DNA of 64,000 nt. It comes from Candidatus Yanofskybacteria bacterium. GTDB lineage: Bacteria > Patescibacteriota > Minisyncoccia > 2-02-FULL-40-12 > IGHO2-12-FULL-4. The notes beneath the pieces are model-generated. The model worked only from the letters and a program-made list of their open reading frames with translations, searched no databases and was not told where the DNA came from. This document shows positions 56,204 through 64,000 of the stretch, piece after piece; position 1 is the first letter of the stretch, and the number at the start of each line of letters is the position of its first letter. Location: contig JACPNK010000006.1 in assembly GCA_016185525.1 (NCBI GenBank), positions 115,440-179,439 on the forward strand. Direction: 5' to 3'. Made by a program: the position numbers and the translations under genes.

Positions 56204-56974
56204 CTATTTTTTCTTTTTGGTTTTTGACGATTTTTTCTTGCTGTTTTCGCTGTCCTCGGTTTCCTGACCGCTGATATTTTCTTCGGATTCTTCTCCCAGC
56301 GCTTGTTTTACGACTGAAAGCTGTTCCAGTAAAATATTCACGGATCTAATAAGAGCGTTTTTGGGGTTAATAGTACCATCGGTTTCTATTTCAAGCAGTA
56401 TCTTGTTGTAGTCGGTTCTCTGGCCTACTCTGATATTTTCTACAGTAAAATTAACATTTCTTACCGGGGAAAATATTGCGTCAATAGCGAGAGTCCCGAC
56501 TGAAATTTTTTCTTTTTGTCTTTGTTCCACCGGCACATATCCGATTCCCCTTTCTACCGTGAATTCTATTTCTAGCTCCGATTTTTTGTCTGTCAAAGTC
56601 GCTATGTGTTGGTTTTTGTTCGTTATCTCAATACTGCTGTCGGTTTTTATGTCTTTTGCGGTAACCTCTCTTTCTCCGCCGGCTTTTAGTTGTAGAGTAA
56701 CAGGTTCGTCTGAAAATGATTTTAGGCGTATTTTTTTAACGTTCATTAAAATCTCAATCACATTTTCCATAACCCCGTCAATCGTTGAAAATTCATGGCT
56801 GACTCCTTTGATTTTTACCGTTGTAATGGCGGAGCCTTCTATGGACGAAAGCAGGGTTCTTCTGAGAGCGTTTCCCAGAGTCACGCCATAGCCCGGATAA
56901 AGAGGTGAAATTTCAAACAAAGCCTGGTGGCCGTCTTCTTTTATAGCTATTATTTTTTCTGGCAGCTGTATCAT
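56204..56974 (-). CDS. rpoA: DNA-directed RNA polymerase subunit alpha lacking the C-terminal (alpha-CTD) domain
   Basis: NTD motifs (GYGVTLGNALRR); ends in an acidic/lysine tail with no HhH alpha-CTD. Confidence 0.85.
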   Translation of the reverse strand: MIQLPEKIIAIKEDGHQALFEISPLYPGYGVTLGNALRRTLLSSIEGSAITTVKIKGVSHEFSTIDGVMENVIEILMNVKKIRLKSFSDEPVTLQLKAGGEREVTAKDIKTDSSIEITNKNQHIATLTDKKSELEIEFTVERGIGYVPVEQRQKEKISVGTLAIDAIFSPVRNVNFTVENIRVGQRTDYNKILLEIETDGTINPKNALIRSVNILLEQLSVVKQALGEESEENISGQETEDSENSKKKSSKTKKKK

Positions 56975-57045
56975 ATTTTTTAGTCTTTAGCATCATTTTA
57001 CAGTGATTAGCTGTAAAATCATCAGCTAGAAAACTATGTTAAATT

Positions 57046-57681
57046 TTATCTTGAATAAAATTCAATTATAGACTGGATGTCGCTTAACTCCAATCCGCTG
57101 TCGCTGATTTCTGGTAATTTTTCAATCGTGGCGATTAGATTGCTTTTGTCCACATTTATCCAAATTGGACTTTCATGCTTTGGCAGCCAATCTTGAACTA
57201 AAGAAGAAAAATACTTTGTTTTCTTGCTGCCTTCTCTGATGCTAATTTTGTCTCCTTTCTCCACTTTGTAGGACGGTATGTTATTTTTTGAACCATTTAC
57301 GGTTATGTGCCCGTGGCTTACGAGCTGTCTGGCTTGATCTCGCGACTGAGCCAAACCTATTTTATAAACAACATTGTCTAAGCGCTGTTCCAGTCTTCTT
57401 ACCAGCAGATTGCTGGTTTCTTTTTTTGACTGAATAGCTTCTTTTACATACGTTTTAAATTGCTTTTCAAGAAGTCTGTAAGTGTGTTTTATCTTTTGTT
57501 TTGAATTCAGTTGTGAGCCGTATTCAGACAGTTTTCTGAATTTAGATTTACCATGCATTCCGGGCGGGTAAGGTTTTTTGACCATGGCAGATTTGGGCGA
57601 AAGAGAACGCTCTCCTTTCAAAAAGAGTTTTACTCCGATTCTTCTTTCTATTTTTTCTCTTGGTCCAGTGTAGCGTGCCAT
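57046..57681 (-). CDS. rpsD: 30S ribosomal protein S4
   Basis: MARYTGPREKIERR N-terminus and S4 domain; the internal ATG at 57681 fits better than the track start at 57759. Confidence 0.9.
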   Translation of the reverse strand: MARYTGPREKIERRIGVKLFLKGERSLSPKSAMVKKPYPPGMHGKSKFRKLSEYGSQLNSKQKIKHTYRLLEKQFKTYVKEAIQSKKETSNLLVRRLEQRLDNVVYKIGLAQSRDQARQLVSHGHITVNGSKNNIPSYKVEKGDKISIREGSKKTKYFSSLVQDWLPKHESPIWINVDKSNLIATIEKLPEISDSGLELSDIQSIIEFYSR

Positions 57682-57789
57682 GCTAGATTTTCTCAACGAA
57701 GCAAGCAATTTTGATTGCGCCGCTGAGTTGTTAGAATATCTTGAACTTGTTACCGGCAATTTTTCACTTTGTTCAAATTGCCGACAAGC

Positions 57790-58233
57790 TTATACTCTCC
57801 TTGGTTTTGGCGGCCTTACTCCGTTGTGCGGGAGCGGTGTGTTGTCAACCAAGGCATTTATATTCAAACCGGTACCTGCTAATCCGCGTATTGCCGCTTC
57901 TCTCCCCGGGCCTATGCCTCTGACAGCTATTGAAATTTCAGAAAGTCCGTATTTTTTGGCTTTTTCAAGGACGTCCCTTGCAACCTGTGTGGCGGCGTAA
58001 GGCGTTGACTTTCTGGCTCCTTTAAAACCCAAAGAACCGGCGGATGACCAAGCAATTACTTCTCCTTTAGTATCGGCGATGGAGACAATTGTATTGTTAT
58101 AAGATGAAAAAATAGAAGCTATGCCTTTAAGAACTTGTCTTTTTTGGCTTTTTTTAACCGCCAAATCGGCTGACTTTTGGTCAGCAGTTTCCTTGACAGC
58201 TTCTGCTTTTGTAATTATTCGTTTTTTTCCCAT
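57790..58233 (-). CDS. rpsK: 30S ribosomal protein S11
   Basis: S11 signature (GIASIFSSYNNTIVSIAD). Confidence 0.9.
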   Translation of the reverse strand: MGKKRIITKAEAVKETADQKSADLAVKKSQKRQVLKGIASIFSSYNNTIVSIADTKGEVIAWSSAGSLGFKGARKSTPYAATQVARDVLEKAKKYGLSEISIAVRGIGPGREAAIRGLAGTGLNINALVDNTPLPHNGVRPPKPRRV

Positions 58234-58277
58234 GTTTTAAATTTTTTGTGATTGCGGGTAATTTCGGGCTTGGGACG

Positions 58278-58664
58278 CTAAGTTTTCTCCGCTGACGACT
58301 TTCTTCCGGAGCCCATAGTTTTTCTTACGTTGCCTCTGGTTGTTCTGGAATTTGTTTTTGTCCGTCCATGAATCGGCAGTCTTCTGGCATGGCGCGTGCC
58401 GTGCCAAGAGCCTATCTCTTTTAGTCTTTGAATATTTCTGGCGACATCTCTTTTGAGTTCCCCGCCGACCTTGAAGTTTTTATCAATAATATTCTGAATT
58501 TTGTTTATTTCTTCGGCGGTCAGATCCTTGCTTTTTTTGTCCGGAGATATGCCTGCTGATTTTAAGACCAATTTGCTTGAAAAGTGACCTATGCCAAAAA
58601 CGTAAGTTAATGCTATTTCTATTCTTTTATTGTCCGGTATGACTATACCTGAAATTCTGGCCAT
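58278..58664 (-). CDS. rpsM: 30S ribosomal protein S13
   Basis: MARISGIVIPDNKR signature. Confidence 0.9.
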   Translation of the reverse strand: MARISGIVIPDNKRIEIALTYVFGIGHFSSKLVLKSAGISPDKKSKDLTAEEINKIQNIIDKNFKVGGELKRDVARNIQRLKEIGSWHGTRHARRLPIHGRTKTNSRTTRGNVRKTMGSGRKSSAEKT

Positions 58665-58665
58665 A

Positions 58666-58779
58666 TTATCCTTGCCTTTGTTTGTGCTTCTTTGTTTTGC
58701 AGATGCAATAAATTACACCGCTTCTTTTAACGATTTTACAATTTCTGCACATCTTTTTTACTGAAGCCCTGACTTTCAT
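58666..58779 (-). CDS. rpmJ: 50S ribosomal protein L36 (not in the ORF track)
   Basis: Manual translation of the minus strand gives [37 protein letters not shown]; its ATG overlaps the infA stop by 1 nt. Confidence 0.9.
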   Translation of the reverse strand: MKVRASVKKMCRNCKIVKRSGVIYCICKTKKHKQRQG

Positions 58780-59036
58780 TAATTTCTAAAAATTATTCTT
58801 CCTCTATCATCGGTTTCACTGCTCAACTCTACGGTTACTCTGTCGCCCAGCATGACTTTTATGTAGTTTAAACGCATTTTACCGGATAGGTAAGCCAAAA
58901 TTTCCCGGTTGTCGCTAAGCCTAACCTTAAACGTGGTATCGGGTAATGCTTCAACTACAACACCCTCTTTTTTCAGTTTTTTATCTTTTTCTGACAAAGA
59001 AAAATTAACGAGCCTTAGCTCTTTAGCTATTGCCAA
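58779..59036 (-). CDS. infA: translation initiation factor IF-1
   Basis: S1-like OB fold with [21 protein letters not shown] motif. Confidence 0.85.
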   Translation of the reverse strand: MAIAKELRLVNFSLSEKDKKLKKEGVVVEALPDTTFKVRLSDNREILAYLSGKMRLNYIKVMLGDRVTVELSSETDDRGRIIFRN

Positions 59037-59092
59037 GAGATTTGCGAATCTTAGCAGATTGGGTATCGAAAGTCAACCGGCTGGGACAGGTT

Positions 59093-60952
59093 TCAGTAGG
59101 ACAGTTTTAATTGAATGTTATTTTTGTTTTTTGGAATACTACGGACCCAGAAAGGAGATAAAACCACTTTGCCTGATTCTACTTCGGATATGCCCATTAA
59201 GTATTCCTGGATTTTGTTTTTTTTCATGCCCAGCATTTCTTTTATCATTTTTTCTTCATCAATTTTTACCGCAATTTCGCCTTTTGCCGATATTTTCAAA
59301 GACAGTGTTTTTTTGTCCAAATCAAGCTTGGGTTCGGAGTAAGTTTTTTCCAGCGTATTTTCCAACAGCAAATACCGTCCGTTTTTGTTTGAAGAGGCGT
59401 CTATAAGACCCGTGATATCAGCTTCCTGAAAGCCAATTGTTTTTGCTTCAGCAATAGCGACAACGGCAAAACCCTCGGCTGCATTATCTATTTCCGCTGT
59501 GGATTTAAGAGAAACAACCTGATTGATTACCGGTTCTGCGATTTTGAGGCCGTTGGTTTTTGCTTTTAAATTTTCCAGAGACTTAGCCAGGGCTTCTTTG
59601 GTAACTTGATCTTTTGCGTCGTTAAAATCTTTTTCAGTGACCACTTTGGTTAAGCCGACTATGCCACCGGTCATCGGTTTGCTGGATTCAGCGTGGAAGC
59701 CATCAAATTTAGGAGTACCCTTGAAACCAGGAATCGTGAATTGGTCGGCGTTTATATTGTATTCTTGGCCGGGCTTATCAGCTATGACTTCTACGGTAAT
59801 AGTTCCGGGCACTGATTTGCCATTAACCAGTTTGGCGCCGGGTACGGTGATCGGTCTTGGCGTTCTGAATACCAGGCCCTTTGAAGACTCAAATCGGGTG
59901 GTTGCCACCAAAGCTTGTGGTTCGGAGTTAATGTTGTTAAATACCGTGATCTCACCTCTGGCCTTTCGGGCAACTTCTTTTTCACCTGTGGCAATAAAAT
60001 CTTTGGAAACTTCGGCACTGTAAGATAAAAGTTGGCCGACTATTTTTTTAGCGGCAAAGTCTGTCTGCGGGTAATTGCTAGAGATGGATACAGTGGTATC
60101 AAAGTCTATTTTTTCTTTTTGGGGTTGTATGATAATTTTGGCGCTGCCAAGGAATAAGAACAAAACAACGAAAAGCATGATAACCCCGGAAAGTATAAAA
60201 ATTAAACCAGTTCTCTTGTGAAGTTTTTCTTTTTTTATGGGGTTGATGTTGTCCCAGAAATTTTTGACGGATTTGATTCTTCCGTCCCTGGCGTTTTGGT
60301 CCCTTTTTAACCAAATGCTTTCCAGATTGTCTAAACTTTCCGAGGGCAAGTCTTTTCTTATGTGCGGGTTTGTTGAAGTTCGGCCGTCTCTTTTTATTTT
60401 AATTGGATTCTGCTCGCTTGGCTTGCGGATGTCAGACATTTTATAAGATTTGTACTTAGCCATGGCCAAATCGGCAAGACTGTCATCTTCCTTTTCCTCA
60501 ATCAAGTCTTCGCTGGGGTATTCGCCGGTGTCTGCGTCCGGGTGGTAGTCTTTTTCTTCCGAATCATCTTCTTCTATTAAACCGGCGTTTTCCTGATTCT
60601 CTATCTCTTCAATTTTAGGCAGTTCCGGAGAGATATCTGGGAGCAAGTCTTCCTCGGCGTTGTTTTCTGTGTCTTTTTCTTGATCTTGATCGTCGTCTTG
60701 GTCAACCAGAAGACGGAATCCGTATTTGGGGGCAAAGCTTTTGGCTGATTCATCTGCAGTCATGAGGGTGATCTTTTTTTGTGACGATTGCATCTCTGCG
60801 GCTAAGCTTGCAAAGTGGTTTTCGTTTCTGGTAATCTTGCTGTTTTTGGGTAAAATAAAAATCACCTCTTCAGCTTCGGTTTTCTTAAACTCGTTAAAAA
60901 TATCCTCAAAGCTGTCGTTTTTGAGAATATTTATAATTTTGGTTGAACCCAT
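59093..60952 (-). CDS. large single-pass membrane protein with acidic N-terminal region (hypothetical)
   Basis: Track ORF runs to 61042; the internal ATG at 60952 is preceded by a TATATAAT-like box and avoids overlap with the upstream gene. Confidence 0.5.
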   Translation of the reverse strand: MGSTKIINILKNDSFEDIFNEFKKTEAEEVIFILPKNSKITRNENHFASLAAEMQSSQKKITLMTADESAKSFAPKYGFRLLVDQDDDQDQEKDTENNAEEDLLPDISPELPKIEEIENQENAGLIEEDDSEEKDYHPDADTGEYPSEDLIEEKEDDSLADLAMAKYKSYKMSDIRKPSEQNPIKIKRDGRTSTNPHIRKDLPSESLDNLESIWLKRDQNARDGRIKSVKNFWDNINPIKKEKLHKRTGLIFILSGVIMLFVVLFLFLGSAKIIIQPQKEKIDFDTTVSISSNYPQTDFAAKKIVGQLLSYSAEVSKDFIATGEKEVARKARGEITVFNNINSEPQALVATTRFESSKGLVFRTPRPITVPGAKLVNGKSVPGTITVEVIADKPGQEYNINADQFTIPGFKGTPKFDGFHAESSKPMTGGIVGLTKVVTEKDFNDAKDQVTKEALAKSLENLKAKTNGLKIAEPVINQVVSLKSTAEIDNAAEGFAVVAIAEAKTIGFQEADITGLIDASSNKNGRYLLLENTLEKTYSEPKLDLDKKTLSLKISAKGEIAVKIDEEKMIKEMLGMKKNKIQEYLMGISEVESGKVVLSPFWVRSIPKNKNNIQLKLSY

Positions 60953-60985
60953 AGGACTATTATATAGTGTTTTGGAGAAAATAAA

Positions 60986-61016
60986 AAAACAACTGTCAAC
61001 AGACAGTTGTTTTGCT
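60986..61016 (-). terminator. rho-independent terminator
   Basis: aacaactgtc/gacagttgtt hairpin plus a T-run on the minus strand. Confidence 0.6.
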
Positions 61017-61017
61017 T

Positions 61018-61272
61018 TTAAGCTTCGCATACCTTTACGCATTCATAGCCGTCAAATGCGTATGCGGTGCAAGTTGGGACGATAAAGTCGATTTCATTCC
61101 CGTTGTCTAGCATCACAATTTTTTTAGCCGTTAAGAGGTGTGGGCCGGAGTTTCTTTCCGCTACGTATAGATCCCCTATCTGGATTTTTCCTTCATCCAT
61201 CTTGAGCTTAATACCCTCAATGTCGATAGTTTCTCCTCTCCGGAGAGCGTTCAATGTTTGGTACCCTCTCAT
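61018..61272 (-). CDS. hypothetical small protein (84 aa)
   Basis: Tightly packed three-gene operon with its own promoter and terminator. Confidence 0.5.
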   Translation of the reverse strand: MRGYQTLNALRRGETIDIEGIKLKMDEGKIQIGDLYVAERNSGPHLLTAKKIVMLDNGNEIDFIVPTCTAYAFDGYECVKVCEA

Positions 61273-61289
61273 TTTAAATTTCCTCCTTT

Positions 61290-61679
61290 CTACTTTTTAA
61301 AGTTGGCCAATTCGGTCAGAACTTCTTGCAGACTTTTTTCGTCGTCTTCTTTTGTGCGATAAATTCTTTTTGCCAGTTCAAAGAGTTGAAAGCTGGGTTC
61401 ATCCAGTAACACCGAACCTTGATGATGTTTGACGATAAACAGTTCAACAACAGTCATCAAGGCGGTTAGTTTTCTCTTGTCTACTTCTTCAACTTCTTCG
61501 ACTTCGTCCTTAAAAGCAAAGCCCCAATCTTCGGTAAGGCCTAAATTTCCCAAATCTAAATAATACCCGTTACTAACTTGCATTTTAACTTCAAAAATCA
61601 TACCTTTTTCAACTTTTTTTGGAGCTATTCTTTGCCTCAGTCTTGTTGTAAAAAGTTCTTTTAGCACCCTAACTCTCAT
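61290..61679 (-). CDS. hypothetical protein (129 aa, acidic central segment)
   Basis: 4-nt overlap with the upstream gene. Confidence 0.5.
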   Translation of the reverse strand: MRVRVLKELFTTRLRQRIAPKKVEKGMIFEVKMQVSNGYYLDLGNLGLTEDWGFAFKDEVEEVEEVDKRKLTALMTVVELFIVKHHQGSVLLDEPSFQLFELAKRIYRTKEDDEKSLQEVLTELANFKK

Positions 61680-61882
61680 TTTTGTTCTTTTCCTTTCCTT
61701 TCTTGTCGCCGTTCTTGGCAGACTTTTGTGTCGGCGCAGGTTTGTCCGCAGCCATCCACATAACCGACTCTCTGATCAACTGGGGTGCTGAATAACACCG
61801 GCGGTTCGGCTTTTTCCGAACACAAAACGCATATTTCAAAACCATCCGGAGTCACGTTTTTAGTTCCCTTTGGAATTAGCAT
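61676..61882 (-). CDS. hypothetical small Cys-containing protein (68 aa)
   Basis: CxxC...CxxxC...C pattern; first gene of the small operon. Confidence 0.45.
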   Translation of the reverse strand: MLIPKGTKNVTPDGFEICVLCSEKAEPPVLFSTPVDQRVGYVDGCGQTCADTKVCQERRQERKGKEQK

Positions 61883-61924
61883 TGTTAAAGTCCTTTTTCT
61901 TACAAGTCTTTACTTTTGACATAT

Positions 61925-61955
61925 TAACATTAACCCCGCTTCTAGTCAAGGTTGA
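61925..61955 (-). promoter_or_regulatory. sigma70-like promoter of the small-protein operon
   Basis: Minus strand reads TTGACT, 17-nt spacer, TAATAT; contains a caaggttgaac repeat fragment. Confidence 0.4.
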
Positions 61956-62020
61956 ACTTGTCTAAATTAAAAGACCCTTTTTGGGTCGTAAAATTTATGC
62001 TTCTTTATTTTGTTTTATTC

Positions 62021-62230
62021 TTATTCTGTGGACTGACTCAGCCATATGTCTTGGATATCGTTTTCAGAAAAAGAATGACTTTCTGGGACGACTATTTGTT
62101 CGCAGTTGACTACTGTAAGCCCACGAACAATAGTCCCATTTTTTAAGTACACATCAACGATTTGATATCCCATTCCTGTTTCTGGCAATCCAGCCAGTTT
62201 GTCAACCCACTTTTGGCTTAAGAAAAGCAT
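62021..62230 (-). CDS. hypothetical small protein (69 aa)
   Basis: ORF between alaS and the small operon with a downstream gaccc/gggtc terminator; overlaps the antisense ORF 61952..62146, so the coding strand is ambiguous. Confidence 0.35.
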   Translation of the reverse strand: MLFLSQKWVDKLAGLPETGMGYQIVDVYLKNGTIVRGLTVVNCEQIVVPESHSFSENDIQDIWLSQSTE

Positions 62231-62293
62231 CGCTCACTCCTTTTTAAGAACCGTTCTTATTATAAAAAAACTCTTGATTTTGTCAAACAATAA

Positions 62294-63997
62294 CTATTGC
62301 TCTAAAACTATTGCTCTAATTCTTCTAATCCCTGCCCCGATGGCTTCTTCTTTTTTGATTGAGAATTTGCCGATTTCGCCGGTGTGCGAAACGTGCGGGC
62401 CGCCGCAGAGTTCTTTTGAAAAATCGCCGACAGAGTAGACATTAACTTTTGGTGGATATTTTAACTTGAAAAAACTTAAGGCGCCGGTTTTGAGAGCTTC
62501 TTCATAAGGCATTTCTTCTTTGGTTACCGGTAAGTCCTTTTTTATAACCTCATTTACTAAATCCTCCACTTTTTTAATTTCTTCATTTGTTAGTTTTCTT
62601 GGAAAAGTAAAATCAAAACGCAATCTTTCGGCTGTAATATCTGAACCTACCTGTTTAACTTCATTTCCCAAAATTTTTCTTAACGCGGTGTGCAAGAGGT
62701 GCGTGGCGGTGTGCAGGCGGGTCGCCTTTTTTAATTCTTGTTCGTTTCCCGCTCTCAACTTCCCGGTGTCTAAAAGCAAACCATGTCCGCCGAATTTTTT
62801 TTCCGCTCCGGCGCGAGATAGTTCTTGATGCTTTTTAAATTCTTCGTCAAATTTTTCGCGGGTTAATTTTTCCGATTTTTTTTCTCCCAGTTCTTTTATA
62901 ATTTCATAAGGCAGGCCGTAACTTTCGTAAAGTTTGAAAGCGGATTGAGCATCAATTTTGTCCAATTTCTGAAGTTCTTTTAAGCCATGACTCAAAGTTT
63001 TCTCAAACTTTTCTTTTTCGGAGTCAAAGATGTTGATTATTAAGCCAGCATTAAGGTTTGGATAATGCTGGCCGTAAATTTCAGCAATTTTGGCAAAGAT
63101 GTCATGCATTAGTGTTAAATCTGCTTTGGCAATAAAATTGTGGGTGATAATCCGCCGCATTAACCGGCGCAAAATATAACCCTGTTCTTTATTTGACGGC
63201 TGTACTTCATCGCTTATCAAAAAAGCTATGGCTCGGCTGTGGTCGGCAATAACTCTTTTAACTTTTTCTTCAAGCTCAAGCGGGGCAAGTTTTAAAATCG
63301 GTTCAAGCAAATCCGTTTCAAAAATATTTTTTTTGTTTTGAATGACTGTGGACAGACGGTCTAGACCCATGCCTGTGTCTACTCCGGAAGTTTTTAATTT
63401 TTCTAACTTTCCGTCAGGGTGGCAGTAGTATTCGTTGAAAACTAAATTCCAGACTTCTACTCCGTTTACAAAAATCTCGCTTGTCGGGCCGCATGGGCCT
63501 TCGTTGCCTGTCGGACCCCAAAAGTTGTCTTCTCGTCCCATTTTTTTTATTTCAATTCCCGGCGCGACTGATTTCCATATTTTTTCCGATTCCTCGTCGG
63601 CCGGTATATCTTTCTCTCCTTCAAACACCGAAACATAGTCAATTTCTAGTTTCAATTCTTTGGTTAAAAATTCGTAAGCGTATTCTATCGCTTCTTTTTT
63701 CCAATATCCGCCAAAAGAAAAGTTTCCTAACATCTCAAAAAAAGTAAGATGGCTTTTATCGCCGACCTCGTCAATATCGGAAGTTCTCATTGCTTTTTGG
63801 ATTGAGGCAGTATTAAGAGAACCAAAGTCTTTCATAGCGTCGGCTTGGCCGGTGTAATAGGGCTTGAATTGCTGCATGCCGGCAGTAGTAAAAAGTACCG
63901 AGGGGTCGTCGGGCAAAAGTGAAGAAGAGGGCACTATTTTGTGTCCCCTTTTTTCAAAAAAATCTAAGAACTTATGACGAATTTCTTGATGGGTCAT
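62294..63997 (-). CDS. alaS: alanyl-tRNA synthetase, compact form (catalytic, tRNA-recognition and editing domains; no C-Ala domain)
   Basis: N-terminus FTTAGMQQFKP, editing-domain HxxxH (HTATHLLH) and CGGPHV motifs; 567 aa. Confidence 0.85.
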   Translation of the reverse strand: MTHQEIRHKFLDFFEKRGHKIVPSSSLLPDDPSVLFTTAGMQQFKPYYTGQADAMKDFGSLNTASIQKAMRTSDIDEVGDKSHLTFFEMLGNFSFGGYWKKEAIEYAYEFLTKELKLEIDYVSVFEGEKDIPADEESEKIWKSVAPGIEIKKMGREDNFWGPTGNEGPCGPTSEIFVNGVEVWNLVFNEYYCHPDGKLEKLKTSGVDTGMGLDRLSTVIQNKKNIFETDLLEPILKLAPLELEEKVKRVIADHSRAIAFLISDEVQPSNKEQGYILRRLMRRIITHNFIAKADLTLMHDIFAKIAEIYGQHYPNLNAGLIINIFDSEKEKFEKTLSHGLKELQKLDKIDAQSAFKLYESYGLPYEIIKELGEKKSEKLTREKFDEEFKKHQELSRAGAEKKFGGHGLLLDTGKLRAGNEQELKKATRLHTATHLLHTALRKILGNEVKQVGSDITAERLRFDFTFPRKLTNEEIKKVEDLVNEVIKKDLPVTKEEMPYEEALKTGALSFFKLKYPPKVNVYSVGDFSKELCGGPHVSHTGEIGKFSIKKEEAIGAGIRRIRAIVLEQ

Positions 63998-64000
63998 CTT

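Noticed and set aside
1-64000. rRNA genes and CRISPR arrays anywhere in the window
   Set aside because: No rRNA-like conserved stretches and no regularly spaced direct repeats with unique spacers were found. All tandem repeats seen are 7-14-nt microsatellite or half-site arrays.

Overview
This window looks like a small, low-GC bacterial genome, probably a CPR/Patescibacteria-type organism. The assignment rests on compact housekeeping operons, an RpoA without the alpha-CTD, a helicase-degenerate PriA, and many GTG starts. The core content is a partial dcw cluster (mraZ-rsmH-ftsL-ftsI-murF), tRNA-Glu(CTC), rplU, recR, dnaB, cysS, corA, CIRCE-hrcA-clpC(-like)-dnaJ-like, efp, murA-murB, znuCB-like ABC transporter, fmt-def, priA, gltX, and a long ribosomal/RNAP operon (infA-rpmJ-rpsM-rpsK-rpsD-rpoA-rplQ-rplM-rpsI). 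It also holds alaS, mreB, and a roughly 10-kb envelope-glycopolymer cluster (GT2/GT4 glycosyltransferases, LCP, O-antigen-ligase-like, CtpA). The accessory content is more unusual. (1) A complete REPtron: a REP-associated tyrosine transposase (RAYT, HuH-Y1) flanked by inverted copies of a 25-bp palindrome (core agaagttSaacttMtc) plus arrays of half-site direct repeats. It sits between two paralogous ~100-aa genes that carry near-identical terminators. Copies of the same palindrome lie in-frame inside fmt and inside the RAYT gene itself. (2) At least three further dispersed short-repeat families occur, including inside coding sequences in-frame. One is a 60-80-bp palindromic element in priA and just upstream of recR, with a conserved core and compensatory outer stems. 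Another is a ~20-nt gttttaagttataagtt element in priA and two glycosyltransferases, plus a perfect 7-mer x4 array abutting the clpC start. The third is a caagg-N-ccttg palindrome family. (3) A perfect heptanucleotide (atttgcc)x4 tract lies inside a GT2 glycosyltransferase and is a candidate phase-variation switch. (4) A free-standing LAGLIDADG homing endonuclease cassette is bounded by 9-bp direct repeats. (5) A GC-rich in-frame insertion lies in a GT4 fusion protein and resembles the 3' flank of the tRNA-Glu gene. (6) A ~135-nt closed-stem structured element lies upstream of an NDH-2 gene, and there are several uncharacterised small-protein operons. No CRISPR array, rRNA or intein was seen.
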